This document shows, piece by piece, positions 1 to 12,435 of a DNA stretch of 64,000 nucleotides. Where the stretch lies: assembly GCF_006345805.1 (NCBI RefSeq), contig NC_043014.1, forward strand, positions 21,514,001 to 21,578,000. The letters are read 5' to 3'. Numbering within the stretch: the stretch's first letter is position 1; every line of letters starts with the position of its first letter. The stretch comes from Octopus sinensis. Its lineage: Eukaryota. The translations under genes were made by a program, and so were the position numbers. The notes under the pieces were generated by a model that saw only the letters and a program-made list of their open reading frames with translations, did no database searches and was not told where the DNA came from.

Positions 1-20
1 CACCCCCGCTACTGACTTGG

Positions 21-21
<1 letters not shown>

Positions 22-58
<37 letters not shown>

Positions 59-246
59 TATATATATATTATATATATATATTTTATTTATAATATACAT
101 ACATATACAAAGAATATAAAACATAAAAAATATATTAAAAGGAATGAAAAATAAATTAAAACCATATATATATATATATATATACATATAAATATATAAA
201 AAGTATAAAAAGTATTATATAAAATTTCAAAATATAAATAAATATG

Positions 247-290
<44 letters not shown>
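22..290. repeat. (TA)n-rich microsatellite. Representative only: others at 7640-7770, 9170-9520, 14793-14990, 17365-17440, 18395-18530, 18940-19015, 19846-19922 (AGGT)n, 43650-43720
   Basis: Direct inspection. These tracts explain most short YI/HT/CV-rich ORFs in the track. Confidence 0.97.
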
Positions 291-293
<3 letters not shown>

Positions 294-360
294 CATGTTC
301 ATGTTTGTTCATGTTTTCCAGTTTCAACTCTTGAGCTGTGGCCATGCTGGGGCACCGCCA

Positions 361-524
361 TTGTGGTGAAAGAGTACAGCAGGGATCACCACCCCCTGCC
401 GGAGCCTCGTAGAGCTTTTAGGTGTTTTCGCTCAATAAACACACACAACGCCCGGTCTGAGAATCGAAACCGCGATCCTGCGACCGCGAGTCCGCTGCCC
501 TAACCACTAGGCCATTGCACCTCC
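361..524 (-). mobile_element. tRNA-derived SINE (head and body)
   Basis: - strand GGAGGTGCAATGGCCTAGTGGTTAGGGCAGCGGACTCGCGGTCGCAGGATCGCGGTTTCGATTCTC has Pol III A/B-box-like motifs. Related pieces at 20558-20598 (-) and 20712-21030 (+). Confidence 0.8.
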
Positions 525-554
525 ATATATATATATATATATATGTTGATTTCA

Positions 555-1500
555 ACTGCATTGATTTCAACACTGTTGAAGACAGGTTGAAATCAATGCA
601 GTACTGTAAGCACTCAAGAAACAAGGTGTGACGATGCAGTATGTCACCCTCTTTAGGGAGGCAAATGTGGCCTTGTTACCCTCACCAGTGAATATTCCAT
701 TGGAGAAGGGTGCCAGGCAAAGAGATACTATCTCACCTAAGCTTTTCATGGTGTGACTCAAGATGGTCATACAAGACATGAACTGGAATGGAGGCATAAG
801 GATAAATGGAGAGCTGCTCACCCATCTAAGATTAGCTGATGATATAGTGCTGATAGCAGAGAGCATCCACCAGCTGCAGACCATACTAGACGAATTGGAT
901 TTTAGGGCTTCAGCGGTTGGCCTGAAGATCAACTGTACAAAAACCAAGTACATACAGTCTGAGGGTGATGAAATAGAAGAGGTGAGCAGCTATGTGCTCA
1001 AGAAGTTAGTATGTGGTCAAGAAGTTACTATGAGGCAAGAGATGGATAATAAGATCTCACAAAGGGTAAGAGCAGGGTGGAGAGTATTCAATTCACTGAA
1101 GCATGTGCTGAAGGCAAACCTAAACAGGACAACTTGCACCAATCTCTTCTTGCCTGCACTGCTATTCACATGAAAAACTTGGGCCTTGACAAAGAGTGAA
1201 GACCATCATCAGTTGATGATGCAGAGAGCCATGGAAAGGGCGATGTTGGGAATCTCACTAAGAGATCACATCCAGAACAAGAAGATCAGGAATAGAACCA
1301 GAATGAAGGATGTCATCACAGAATACCACTATACAAAGCTACAATGGGCCAGTCATGTCACAAGGTTCACAGATAACTGGTAGACCTGTGCAGTTGTCGA
1401 GTGGTACCTATGCAAATGGAAGAGATCACTCAGACCTCCAGTCAAGTGGAAAGATGATTTAAGAAAGATGCTTGGAACAACATGGAGGAAAATGGCAAAA
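555..1500 (+). mobile_element. RTE-clade LINE, degenerate RT/thumb fragment (family lacking the Cys/His insertion)
   Basis: GGIRINGELLTHLRLADDIVLIAES...GLKINCTKTK; MERAMLGISLRDHIQN...LQWASHV; KWKDDLRK. Stops and frameshifts present. Confidence 0.9.
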
Positions 1501-2370
1501 TCACAAGCAAAATGAAGCAAATACTGTGGCCAACAGAGCCAACTCAGATCCAGGTGATGTATACATATGTACACATTGTTGGATGGTTGTTGGTTATGCA
1601 GGAATTCCTGTACCCTTTCACAGGTTTTATTTCTCATCCTGCAGGGTGTCCAGCTATCACCTTCCTCACCAACTTGGTGGGGTTGCCAGTTTAGTCGCTG
1701 ACAACCTAACCATGCAACAGATTGTACTGGGTTACATGTTACCAGTGGTACTCAAAAGTGACCTGGCATATATATATATACAGTATAACAACATATAAGA
1801 AAGGTGTCAACATCTAATTGTGAGAGTATGTGGCAAGTATGGTAGACCTGAGATTTGAGATTATGGTTGTTCAGTTTCTGAGTTTACCATCTCATTAACT
1901 TCATGCTGCAAGATGATGTAAGTTTAGACAGACAGTGTAAAAGATTATGATCTCTATGCTGTTTCATGTAATATAATCTCAATGCTGTTCCATTCTCTAT
2001 GTAACAATATTTATAAAAGTGTCTTCACTGGAATCAAATATCACATGGATTAGCTTTACAGGTATTAATGATGGTGTAAGGAGAGTAAAAAATCATAATC
2101 TCATTTAGGTAAGGGTTTAAGTTAAATGAGAAAGTGCAGCACCCTTGAGCTTTGGAAGATGGGCTTTCATTACTGGAAGTTGAAAGGGAGGATAAAACAC
2201 CATTAGTTGGGTCTGTTAACGACTACTTTGATTTTCTAGATAAATATTCTATCAAAAAGTCAGTGGATACAGACGAATCTGCAAATAAGACAACAGCCAT
2301 AAAAATCATTACAATCTTTCTGTTTTTAAATCAGGATTTACAATAACATGCATTCACTTGACATTTTCAG

Positions 2371-2565
2371 AAAAACTCAAGTCTGGAATATTTCAATATT
2401 GCCTTCAACAACATTGGGAATGAGGGCTGCAACCACCTGAAAACTGGTATTGGTGTCAACAACACCTTGAAGATATTTGACATGAGCACAAACAACATCA
2501 CATCTGATGGTATCAAGATGTTGGCCAAAGGTTTAGCTACAAATAGTCAATTGGAAGTCTTACAT
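2371..2565 (+). CDS. RI-like leucine-rich repeat protein, internal exon (phase 0-0, 65 aa)
   Basis: ttttcag acceptor and CAT|gtaagt donor. Translates KNSSLEYFNIAFNNIGNEGCNHLKTGIGVNNTLKIFDMSTNNITSDGIKMLAKGLATNSQLEVLH, which shows 28-aa LxxLxLxxNxIxxxG periodicity. Resembles LRRC74-type proteins, but orthology is not established. Confidence 0.93.
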
Positions 2566-3194
2566 GTAAGTTCCTGACCATTGCCATTTGGACATTTCAG
2601 AGTGAAAGAGAGAGACAGAGAGAGAGAGAGAGCATGTTGTTAACACCAGGTGAGCTCTATATAAGATCTATGATCAAATATAATGCCAAATTTAGGCATA
2701 AGCTAAACAAGCTACAGTTTAGGGCTTCATAATCCAGAAATCTTAAATTGATTTAAAAGAATAAACAATTTTTGGGAGGGTATTTTGGAACGTTTTTTTA
2801 ACAAAAGTTTGAATGCTCTACATAGTTTATGGTTCTACCAAGTCAACCTGACACTGATCAAAAGTATTCCAGTCATGACCCCACCATATTTTTTTAAACA
2901 ATGCATCTAAGACGATATTATTCAAGTGCACTTCCATATTTAAGAGTGGGAATTTGCTTAAGGGAGATTTGGTTGTTGTTCCTACTATCTCAAGCAAACA
3001 CACATGCTTCATTGCTGGTTCATCTCTTCAGAACCTAAAGAGCTGAAACAAATACTGCAAAACATTATTTCTGATGCTCTACCAATCCAGCATATATATA
3101 TATGAAACAAAATTTAAAAGAGTTACCCAAGGTTTTGCACCCACCGGGTAACTCTATACATAAAATTTTGCTGTAATAATTACTGCTCTATATT

Positions 3195-4764
3195 TTAGTG
3201 TGTGCTTCTTTGGTCAATCACCAAAACAATAACCATAGCAACTTATTTGACATTACCATGGGATCACCTGATTCTGCCCAGGTCACTGACCTGGTTGGAC
3301 AATATATATTCCACCATCTCCAAATACATTTCCCTAATATCAAGAGAGGCCTCTATAGGGATGACACCTTCCTAGTTACCAAAAGCATGAATAAATCATC
3401 CTAGGAAAGAATTAGAAAGGATCTGCATAAATTCTTCTCAAACCTAAACCTGTTTATCACATTCGAAAACTCTCAAAAAACTTCTAACTTTTTAGACGTA
3501 ACTCTAAACTTATCAACCTCCCAATACTCCCCTAACTATAAACCTAACCAATATCTTAAATACCTTAACAATCATTCCAATTACCACAAATCCACTTTTT
3601 ATAACATAATCAAAGGTACTTCAACCCGTATATCTGACCTCTCTTCCACTGAGGAAATTTTCAATAACCACGCACCATATTACAATCAAGCACTCACCAC
3701 TAGCAGCTTCTCCCAACAAATAAAATACATCCATAACACCAGACTCAAACAATATATATCTCAAATCACATCTCAAAGATGCACTAATCACCACAATCAC
3801 AACTGACCACACATACACTTCGATAAAACCCCTATAGATCCCACAAATAGACAACCTGGACCTTACACGCATACATTTAACACTAGGTCAAAAACTAAAA
3901 CAGCTAACAACAACAGGCCTTGCCACCCATTCCATTCTCCAAAAATATAGATAGCACTCCATTCTCCAAAAACGTAGATATCACTGCTCCTAGACGCCCT
4001 AAAAAAAGTGGCGGACGCTCTACTCTGTGGTACCCCACCACCACCACCACCCTTCTCACTTAACGTTAAGAGCTTAGCTAAATCTTTCTTTAAAATACTA
4101 GACTCCAACTACCTTCATCAACATAAATATTATTCTATCTTTAATAGATCTACCCTGAAACTATCCTATTCTGTCCCATCCAACTTCGAATCTATCATAG
4201 CAGCCTCTAATAATCAAAAGCTTTCTCTCTACTATAAAAACTCACATAATTACATCTTTAGTTACACGAACGCTCAACACGCACACAGCTCCAGCACGGA
4301 AACCCTTACATTAGACCATAAAAATCCTACTGACACTACACTGAACACCACCACAACATCTATGAAACTTACAAATAGTACAAATAATTTTAACAATAGT
4401 AATAATGACAATAATAGTAATAATAACATTATTAATACTAATAGTTTAGACCTTTCTACTCCCTTCTCTAACCTCTCCTCTGACAATATTACCTCCTCCA
4501 TTCCTGAAAACAATCACCAAAATTCACCCACTTGTAACTGCTGTCCTGGGGCCATCTGCCTTTTGCAAACCCATTGTAGAAGATATAATATAATTTACAA
4601 ATGCACTGTCCTTAGCACATTACACAATTCTACAGCCATTTATATAGGATCAACCATAACTTTTAAACAACGATATGCCGCTCACCTCCATTCTTTTAGA
4701 TACGATAAACATAGTAAATCTACAACACTCACCAGTAACATACATCATCTCAAAAATGCAAATA
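3195..4764 (+). mobile_element. Penelope-like element, 5'-truncated: RT core to GIY-YIG endonuclease (left part)
   Basis: LFDITMGSPDSAQVTDLVG...GLYRDDTFL; NFLDVTLNL; PPFSLNVK; CNCCPGAICLLQTHC then IIYKCTV...YIGSTITFKQRYAAHLHSF...HHLKNANI. Confidence 0.9.
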
Positions 4765-7315
4765 TCTGTATATCTATAAAAGGCAGGATGTGTGTGTGTG
4801 TGTGTGTGTGCGTGTGTGTACGTGAATGTAATTTATGCACGTACACAAATTAGCACGCATGTTGCTCTAACTTTAGGACATTCGTCACGACCCTAGCTGG
4901 GTTTTGTCAACTTATTTTTCCCGAGACATCCTCGGATAGTGGTAAAAATTGATTTTCATCCATAACTTTTACCAATTTCCACGTCCCATTGTTTGCTAAC
5001 ATGAGTTAAGTCCCCTGCAATGGCAACTATTATACAGAAAAACAAAGATAAACTATTTTGTTTTTGGATTTGGTTTGCAAGATTCTTTATGTGAGTTCGT
5101 GTGGTCCAAAAGAAATATATATATAGTTTTAATTATACAGAAAAACAGAGATGAACCGCTCTGAAAGAAATGTATATAAAGTAAACATATAGTATATGTA
5201 TATATTTAATTTTTCTATATATTTCATTTTAATTGAAATTTTGAATGTTAGATAATTAATGTTGGTTTATTCAGCTAGACAACAAAACCTAATGACGATG
5301 TAATTAGCAACTAGCACATTTTGTTTCTTAGTTTTTGTTTGCTTTAATATTTAAATTCTTTACTTGACTGTTATTTTTTATTTCTGTTCGCTAGAAACCT
5401 CACAAGAAACTTTGTTCAGCCGCAACATTCTTTCCGTTTATTTCTGTTTATGAAATTCTCTGTACGTACTTCTGCTTTCTCGGTGGTCGAAGCAAATCGA
5501 TGACTTCGTGCTGTAGCCATTTTCCTTCTGATGTGATTTAAAGCATTTTTTGATATATGGCATTTCAACATTAGAAACGAGTTCCGAACATGTTATTCAA
5601 GTTTGCAGAAACTTATCTCCTGCCACTCAAAACAACAACTCAAATAGGATAAAAAGTACATGCATCACAGGAACAATAACACCAAGTGTGTGTATGTAGA
5701 CTTACAATATATCCTATTGTTAAGAAACTTTTACACGATCATTCAATAAAACTCAAATAGGATAAAGAGTACACGCTTTATCCACCTATACAGTGCAACA
5801 GGACCCGCTTGGTAGTCAAGTCCCTGATGCCCCAATTTATTGAGACCACCATTGTTACGGGGTGTGAGAGGGGGGGGGGAAATGTTTTCATTTCAAGGAT
5901 GCACCTTTATCCCTCGGGGTCAGACATGCTGTTTAACTTCCGCAGATTGCCATGTCCACAACAAATCCCAAGGCCAAACACTATCGGTGGCGGGCATCCA
6001 TTTGGGGGAACCGTGCTTTTCACATGGGCAACTTTATGTGGCCTGCTCCCGTGTGGGGGAGTAGAAACACTCTTTTTGTGCATGCTCCTCAGGACAGAAC
6101 ATGCAATGTTGTCTATAGCGAAGTTTTATAGATGTAGAAAGAAGAACAAGTCATCATTGTAGCCGGTGTGGTTATAAACAGGTGATCCGGAAGCGCTGGC
6201 CGGACATATTCCCAAACCATGGCAACATGATTCATAGACTCTTCCTCTTCTTTATTGGACAATGCGGACTTCTCCAACAGCAATGCTCACTCTGTCGATA
6301 TCAGTGCTAGGCCAAGTTTCTCATAGAGTTAGGCAAGAAGGGCCAAGATCTTTTTTTTTAAGGCTGTTGGTAAGTTTTCCTAAGATGCAAACCTTCGAAT
6401 CAACCTTCTCCAATGCGGATCTCTAATGCAACCTTATCCAATCCAAATCTTCTTCACTGCAGATCTCAAATGCAAACCTTTGATGCATCCTTATCCAATG
6501 CAAGCCTTCGATGCAACCTACTCCAATGCAGATCTTCGATACAGCCTTGACCAATAGTACCCCTAAGAAGGGTTAGGACTAGATCGCGATCAGTCGCTGC
6601 CTTTTAGAGGTACATTTTCGCTAGATTAGCTTAGGCTTAGGTTAAGGCTTAGTTGTGATCTGAACATAACCTCTTCTGACACAGAGGATTGGGAGCCCTT
6701 TTGGGCATTCTATTTTCCTTGTCGGAAGGGCTCCCAACCCATGGGCCAAGGGGAGTTAGATGATGGGGAGGTTCAAAAGGGCTGGCATGTGCAACCTGAT
6801 CGCTTCTGCTGGTCAAACTCCCAACCCATGCATTCCCATCGCGACACTGATTCTGCAGAACTAAGTTGGGTGTGAAAACCAGCAATGTTGTGTTCGGCTA
6901 AGTCCTATTTGGGGTGAAAAATCAATAAACTGATTCTTTATGGGGTTTTCCATTCAATCAGGATGAAAATTCGATAAACTGATTCCTTATAGGATTTCCC
7001 ATACCGGTTTTGATGTATTTTGTTCAAACTTGATGCTGGCGTTACTTAGGACTCATGGGATCTTTTAATGCTTTAAGTTCCCCCACCCACCCACCCACCA
7101 AAAAAAAAACAATTGATGAGTGCAAAAATCGATAAACCGGTACCTTATGAGATTACCCAATTAAATTGTCTGCAACCCTCAGCCAAACGTTTCCCAATTT
7201 CAATGGATTCCGCTCAAATTTGACGTCGGTGTTACTTAGTTTGGTTTGAAACAAAGTGCTTGATTAGCTTAATAATCCTAACTTAATCTCGGGCAACACC
7301 AGGCTATACTGCTAG
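4765..7315 (+). mobile_element. Non-autonomous Helitron (2.55 kb)
   Basis: A|TCTGTATATCTATAAAAG 5' end; 3' end CTCGGGCAACACCAGG hairpin remnant followed by CTAG|T; A^T insertion with no TSD; carries a helicase fragment. Confidence 0.92.
5809..6120 (+). pseudogene. Helitron Rep/Hel (Pif1-like helicase) C-terminal fragment, frameshifted
   Basis: IETTIVTGCERG.NVFISRMHLYP...FNFRRL in one frame, then NKSQGQTLSVAGIHLGEPCFSHGQLYVACSRVG in another. Confidence 0.88.
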
Positions 7316-7620
7316 TACCCTATACTTTGTCATGGTCCATATTAGATTCAGGGCTTCCTTACCAAGGTCAACGCTCAACCTGCAAGCCTTGCCTGAAGGA
7401 GGCACTTCACATATTGGAGCACAACACTTCAACACTACTAAATAAACATAAGGTCCTAAGCACATGCAACCATTGCTTTTTTCATACATTCAAATTCTAC
7501 CAGAAATCCAAATGCCTAAATAACCACACAGTATATTTCCACAATACCCCATAGGTAATCCCTAACAACCTTATAATTCTCCATTTTAATTTCTAATCCT
7601 TATCTAATTCCCCTTTCTTA
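7316..7620 (+). mobile_element. Penelope-like element, right part (GIY-YIG C-terminus)
   Basis: PYTLSWSILDSGLPYQGQRSTCKPCLKEALHILEHNTSTLLNKHKVLSTCNH. Joins the left part in frame once 4765-7315 is removed. Confidence 0.88.
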
Positions 7621-7651
7621 TTTGAAGATCACAATCATTTTATTATATAAG

Positions 7652-7683
<32 letters not shown>

Positions 7684-7733
7684 TGTATGTATGTATGTAT
7701 TATGTATGTATGTATGTGTGTGTGTGCGTGTGC

Positions 7734-7770
<37 letters not shown>

Positions 7771-7849
7771 CATGGTATATGTACAGATGTGATAATACAT
7801 ATGGATACGCATATGTATGAGTTTGTATATATGTGTGTATGTGTATGTA

Positions 7850-9154
7850 TTGGGTTGGCAACCAAGTTCCCGCGTTTTTTTTTAAATTTTGGAATTTATT
7901 GCGTTTTTAAATTTTGGAATCATTTTTTTTTTTGGCGAGAACTCTATTTTTGAATCATTTTGGAATCTATTTTGTTTTTGTTTTTTTCTTTTCAAGTTAA
8001 TTTTAGTTAATTTTTGTTTATTTTCAGATCATTAAAATGAAATGTCAAGTTAAGGAAAACGAGCATTTTCGACACCTCCTTTTTGCTTTTAATCAAGGTT
8101 CTAAGGCCGCAAAAGCTGCTTGCGACATTTGTGCTGTGTATGGAGAGGGTCCCATAGCTGAAAGAACCAGTCGTAATTGGTATGCCAAGTTCAAAAATGG
8201 AAATTTTGACCTCAAAGATGCACTTCGTTCTGGCCGTCCAGTTGAGTTTGATGAAGAGCGATTATACCAACTTTTGCACGAAAATTCTCGTCAAACGACA
8301 AGGGAACTGGCGGAGAAAATGGAATGCTCCCACACTGCTATAGAGAAGCATCTTTTACTCGATGGGAAAGGTTCAGGAGTATGGAGCATGGGTTCCGCGT
8401 TCTTTAAGTGCCAACAACAAAAATCAACGAGCCACAATCTCCACTTGGTTTGCTTGCTCGTCACCGCTCAACTCATGGACACAAGCAACGATTTCTTTAC
8501 CGAATCGTTACTGCCGACGGAAAATGGTGCCTGTACATCAATATGAAGCAGCATAAGGAATGGCTTAGCCCCGGTGAACAAGTGATACCGCGCGTGAAAC
8601 AAGATCTTCATCCGTGTAAAACGATGCTGTGCGTATGGTGGGACTGGGAATGGATTATCCATTACGAATTGCTTGAACGGAACCAAATGGTCAACACGGA
8701 ACTCTATGTTCAACAGATAGAATGACTCAACATGGCTATTCAAGAGAATAGACCTATTCGGCAGCATGGAGCTCTGCTGCACGACAACACGCACCCTCAT
8801 ATCGCCAGTATGACCAAGAAAGCCATTCAAACGCATGGCTGGGAAGTGCTGCCACACCCACCGTACTCTCCTGATTTGGCACCGCAGATTTCCACCTCTT
8901 TTGATCTCTTTCAAATGCTATGCGCGGAGTTTCGTTCAATATTGATGCAGAATTGAGAGTTTGGTTGGATCAATTTTTCGAGTCGAAATCGGGTGATTTC
9001 TACCAACGAGGGTTTGAACATCTTGTTGAACATTGGGAAGAAGTTGTAAACAACAAGGGTGAATACATTATTGATTAATTAGTTGTTATCTTTTATTAAA
9101 CCTTTTAAAATATTTGAATTTAAAAAAACCGCAGGAACTTAGTTGCCAACCTAA
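7850..9154 (+). mobile_element. Mariner transposon (~1.3 kb) with a disrupted transposase at 8037-~9080
   Basis: TIRs TTGGGTTGGCAACCAAGTTCCCGCG / CGCAGGAACTTAGTTGCCAACCTAA with left TA. HTH region, WVPR, LLHDN and HPPYSPDLAP motifs; frameshifts. Confidence 0.95.
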
Positions 9155-9213
9155 TGTGCTTATATTTGTTTATGTGTATATATATATGTGTGTGTGTGTG
9201 TATGTGTGTGTGA

Positions 9214-9245
<32 letters not shown>

Positions 9246-9421
9246 ATGCATGTATGTATGTATATGTATGTATATATGTGTGTGTGTGTATATGCGTGTG
9301 TATGTATGCATACATGAACATGCAAGTGGGTACATGTGAGTATATATGAGTATAGGTATAGATATGTTATATAAGTATGGATGTGTAGGTATATACATGT
9401 ACACATACTCGCATGTATGTG

Positions 9422-9515
<94 letters not shown>

Positions 9516-9689
9516 CTTACATACATTTATATGCATGTGTGTGAATCTCCATGCATGCATTTATATGTGCAAGAATTTATATATACAAATATAGATACGA
9601 ATGTGTGAGTATATGTGTGAATGCGTGTGAACATACAAGACTTTGCATGCGTATATGTGTTGATGTATGTATATATCTATATACATGTG

Positions 9690-10345
9690 TGGATACGTAT
9701 GCTCGCATACATTTTCACACCTTTAAATTCTTTATTTCTTCTCCTACCTGTCAATTTTAGCAACTTGACTTATATTCTTCATTCTTTATTCCAACACAAT
9801 TTTATAACCAAAACAAATTCCCACTTACACATCACCTTTATTTTCTCTTTACACTTTCGATACCCATCCCTTAATGCAGCTCTGCTAACATACCTCACAT
9901 TCTTTCACTCTTTACCCTCTCATCTCTTCCTTCCTTCTATCATTTTATCTTGACCACTAGCTAGCACACCTCTTTCTTTCCTTGTTTATTGTCTCACTCA
10001 CCCTTTTTTTGTCTTCCTGTTTTTGATCTGACCTTACAAACGTATTCTCAATTTTTAAGTTACTCAAAAAAAAACCCCTAGATTGAATAACACTGCTTGG
10101 AATGACCAAATATAAACATCATTGGAACTCACACACAAGGTACAGGAAACTTACATATACACCTTGTGTTTAAATAATGGAACTGCAAATACAATATCCT
10201 TAGGTATCTCAATTCTATTTTCATTCTTTCACTTCCCTCTGTATTTCATATCTTCTCGACAATAATTATTACTTACACATTTTCTCACACCATCTCTGAT
10301 GAAGGGATATATAAAATATCCTGGAAACAGCTGTAAGAACTTCTC
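9690..10345 (+). mobile_element. Penelope-like 3' remnant / pLTR carrying a hammerhead motif
   Basis: Degenerate GIY-YIG tail-like residues (WNSHTRYRK...IMELQIQYP*) at ~10120-10205, followed by the hammerhead at 10293. Confidence 0.5.
10293..10339 (+). ncRNA. Minimal type I hammerhead ribozyme motif (dimer type)
   Basis: TCT-CTGATGA-[AGGGATAT ataaa ATATCCCT]-G-GAAA-CAGCTG-TA-AGA: core, 8-bp stem II, palindromic stem III, GUA cleavage triplet, 3-bp stem I. One extra G before GAAA. Confidence 0.72.
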
Positions 10346-10572
10346 TTTATATATGTTCTGAAAACTATTGGATTTTTATATCATTATTATATATATATGT
10401 TAATTATTATTTATATGCATGATAATACACGACCCACGTTGGATTCCTCTTTCGTATCATTATCGAACCTGGAGCTTAACTATGGTCTATCCATAGCACT
10501 TATTCAGAGTCACCTGACACCTTTGGGTCTTCTTGATTCCAATACCTCTCATACCCTACACACACACAGACG

Positions 10573-10652
<80 letters not shown>

Positions 10653-10716
10653 AGAGAAAGCACATAAATGCAAAACAAGGTGGAAAAATAGTACTCAAAT
10701 ATCGAAGGTAGACTAA

Positions 10717-11470
10717 TCTTTATAATACTAAAAGTCTAGGGATGTTTGTGTGTACCCGAAATATCTCAGATATTGTATATTTTATCTTAATTATTTTGCA
10801 TATTTATTTTCATACTATCCTTTGGCAGTGCAGTACAAATTTTTGTGACATTTGGACCTCTATTTATTAATGAAAACAAGTAAACACAATTTTTGTGTTT
10901 ACTCGTGACGTCAACACACATATAATAAATATCATGGCAAGTCAATCAACACAAACATACGTCCGCTATCTGTGACATACACACACACATAGTCTTCACA
11001 CTCTCTAAGAAAAAAACGTTGATTTTTTGACATACACATTATTTTAATCATTTAGAAATACTTTTAACAGAATGTGATTTCAGAAATGTAAGTTGTTTGT
11101 ACAGTAAGTATTTATATTTTAGCTTTCTTTAAACAGACAATATTTTAATGTTTTTTAAAATCATTTTCAAGTCGTTAATTTCCATAAAAAAAATTTTATT
11201 TATTTACTTTTGTGAAAGATAGGAGAAAGTGAAAGATGAATTTACATGTATATGAAATGGACATGTGCATGTGAAAGAGAGAGAAAGAGAGAAAGAGAGA
11301 GAGGAAGAGAAGGAGAAAAAGAGTGAGAGAAAGAGAGAGAGTGAGTGAAGGAGTATGTTGTCACATATACGTACATACATCAATACATATGCGTATATCT
11401 TTTTTGTATGTATGTGTGCATGTGTGTGTGAAAGAGAGAGAGTGTGTGTTCTCATGTATGTGTAAGTGGC

Positions 11471-11529
<59 letters not shown>

Positions 11530-11970
11530 TCCACTTCATACACTTGTTCATACAACTTTCCTCCTCTCTATCACTTTAAAACAAAAGTAAATAAATAAAA
11601 AAAATTTTACCGGAATTAACGAACAAAATCAGCTGATCCAGATGACAGTTCTGAGAGTCAAAGCGAAAGATCACCCAAAGGGAATACCATTACAAAAGTA
11701 TTTGCAAGTGCATTCAACGTATCTCAGCCCCAAAGATTTGGTTACAATTTCTAGCACACCCTGCTACCACGTAACAGCTATTTGTGGTAAAGGACCCAAA
11801 ATACCTGTTACATGGTAGTAGGGCGTGCAAGAAATAGCAGCCAAATCTTCCCTTTTCCGGGGAAAGGAGCCATTTACGCATGATTTCAAAGTCACATTTG
11901 TTTGCCAAATAATCTGGAAAAGAAAAAAAAACATGAAACAAAACTCCATTGCTGGGAAACTGTAGTCTAG
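10717..11970 (+). mobile_element. Non-autonomous Helitron (1.25 kb)
   Basis: A|TCTTTATAATACTAAAAG 5' end; CTCCATTGCTGGG degenerate hairpin followed by GTCTAG|T. Confidence 0.7.
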
Positions 11971-12063
11971 TACGGTAGTATGGTTTATTAATAAAGCTGC
12001 AATGAAATCACAAAAACCAAACCTGTCTGACGAAGGGGAATGTATATATATATATATATATAT

Positions 12064-12435
12064 ATAATCAGTGCATGATCTAATTTATTAAACACAGTTC
12101 AACAAATTCATTCATATTTATGTAATGGGGAAGATTAGATGTTAAAGTAGATAATAGTTTTTATCTTTAATGTTGCTATACAATTTATTTCATACAACAA
12201 GACTCAGATATTTATAACAGAATACCGACAGGTACAAATTTGACTATTCCAATTTTCTGTTATAAATATTATGAATATCTATTATGAATATCTGAGTCTT
12301 GTTGTATGAAACAAATTGTATAGCAACATGAATAATAAAAACTATAGTCAATTTTAACATCTAATCTCCTCCAGTACATAGATATGAATGAATTTGTTGA
12401 ATTGTGCTTAATAAATTAAATCATATACTGATTAT
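12064..12435. mobile_element. Foldback/MITE-like long inverted repeat
   Basis: Arms ~12064-12228 and ~12255-12435 are reverse complements (e.g. TTTCATACAACAAGACTCAGA / TCTGAGTCTTGTTGTATGAAA), with ~26-nt spacer. Confidence 0.85.

Noticed and set aside
88-345. Numerous 60-180-aa ORFs rich in YI/HT/CV/ER (e.g. 88-345, 7618-7953, 9114-9760, 14427-14981, 20373-20966)
   Set aside because: They are translations of (TA)n, (CA)n, (TACA)n and (GA)n microsatellites.
440-524. tRNA gene
   Set aside because: The acceptor stem is not formed and the sequence runs into a repeated SINE body, so it is a SINE head.
2063-2346. Exon-like segment 2063-2109 and ORF 2152-2346 upstream of the LRR exon
   Set aside because: The segment has stops in all three frames, and the ORF has no recognisable motif or usable splice sites.
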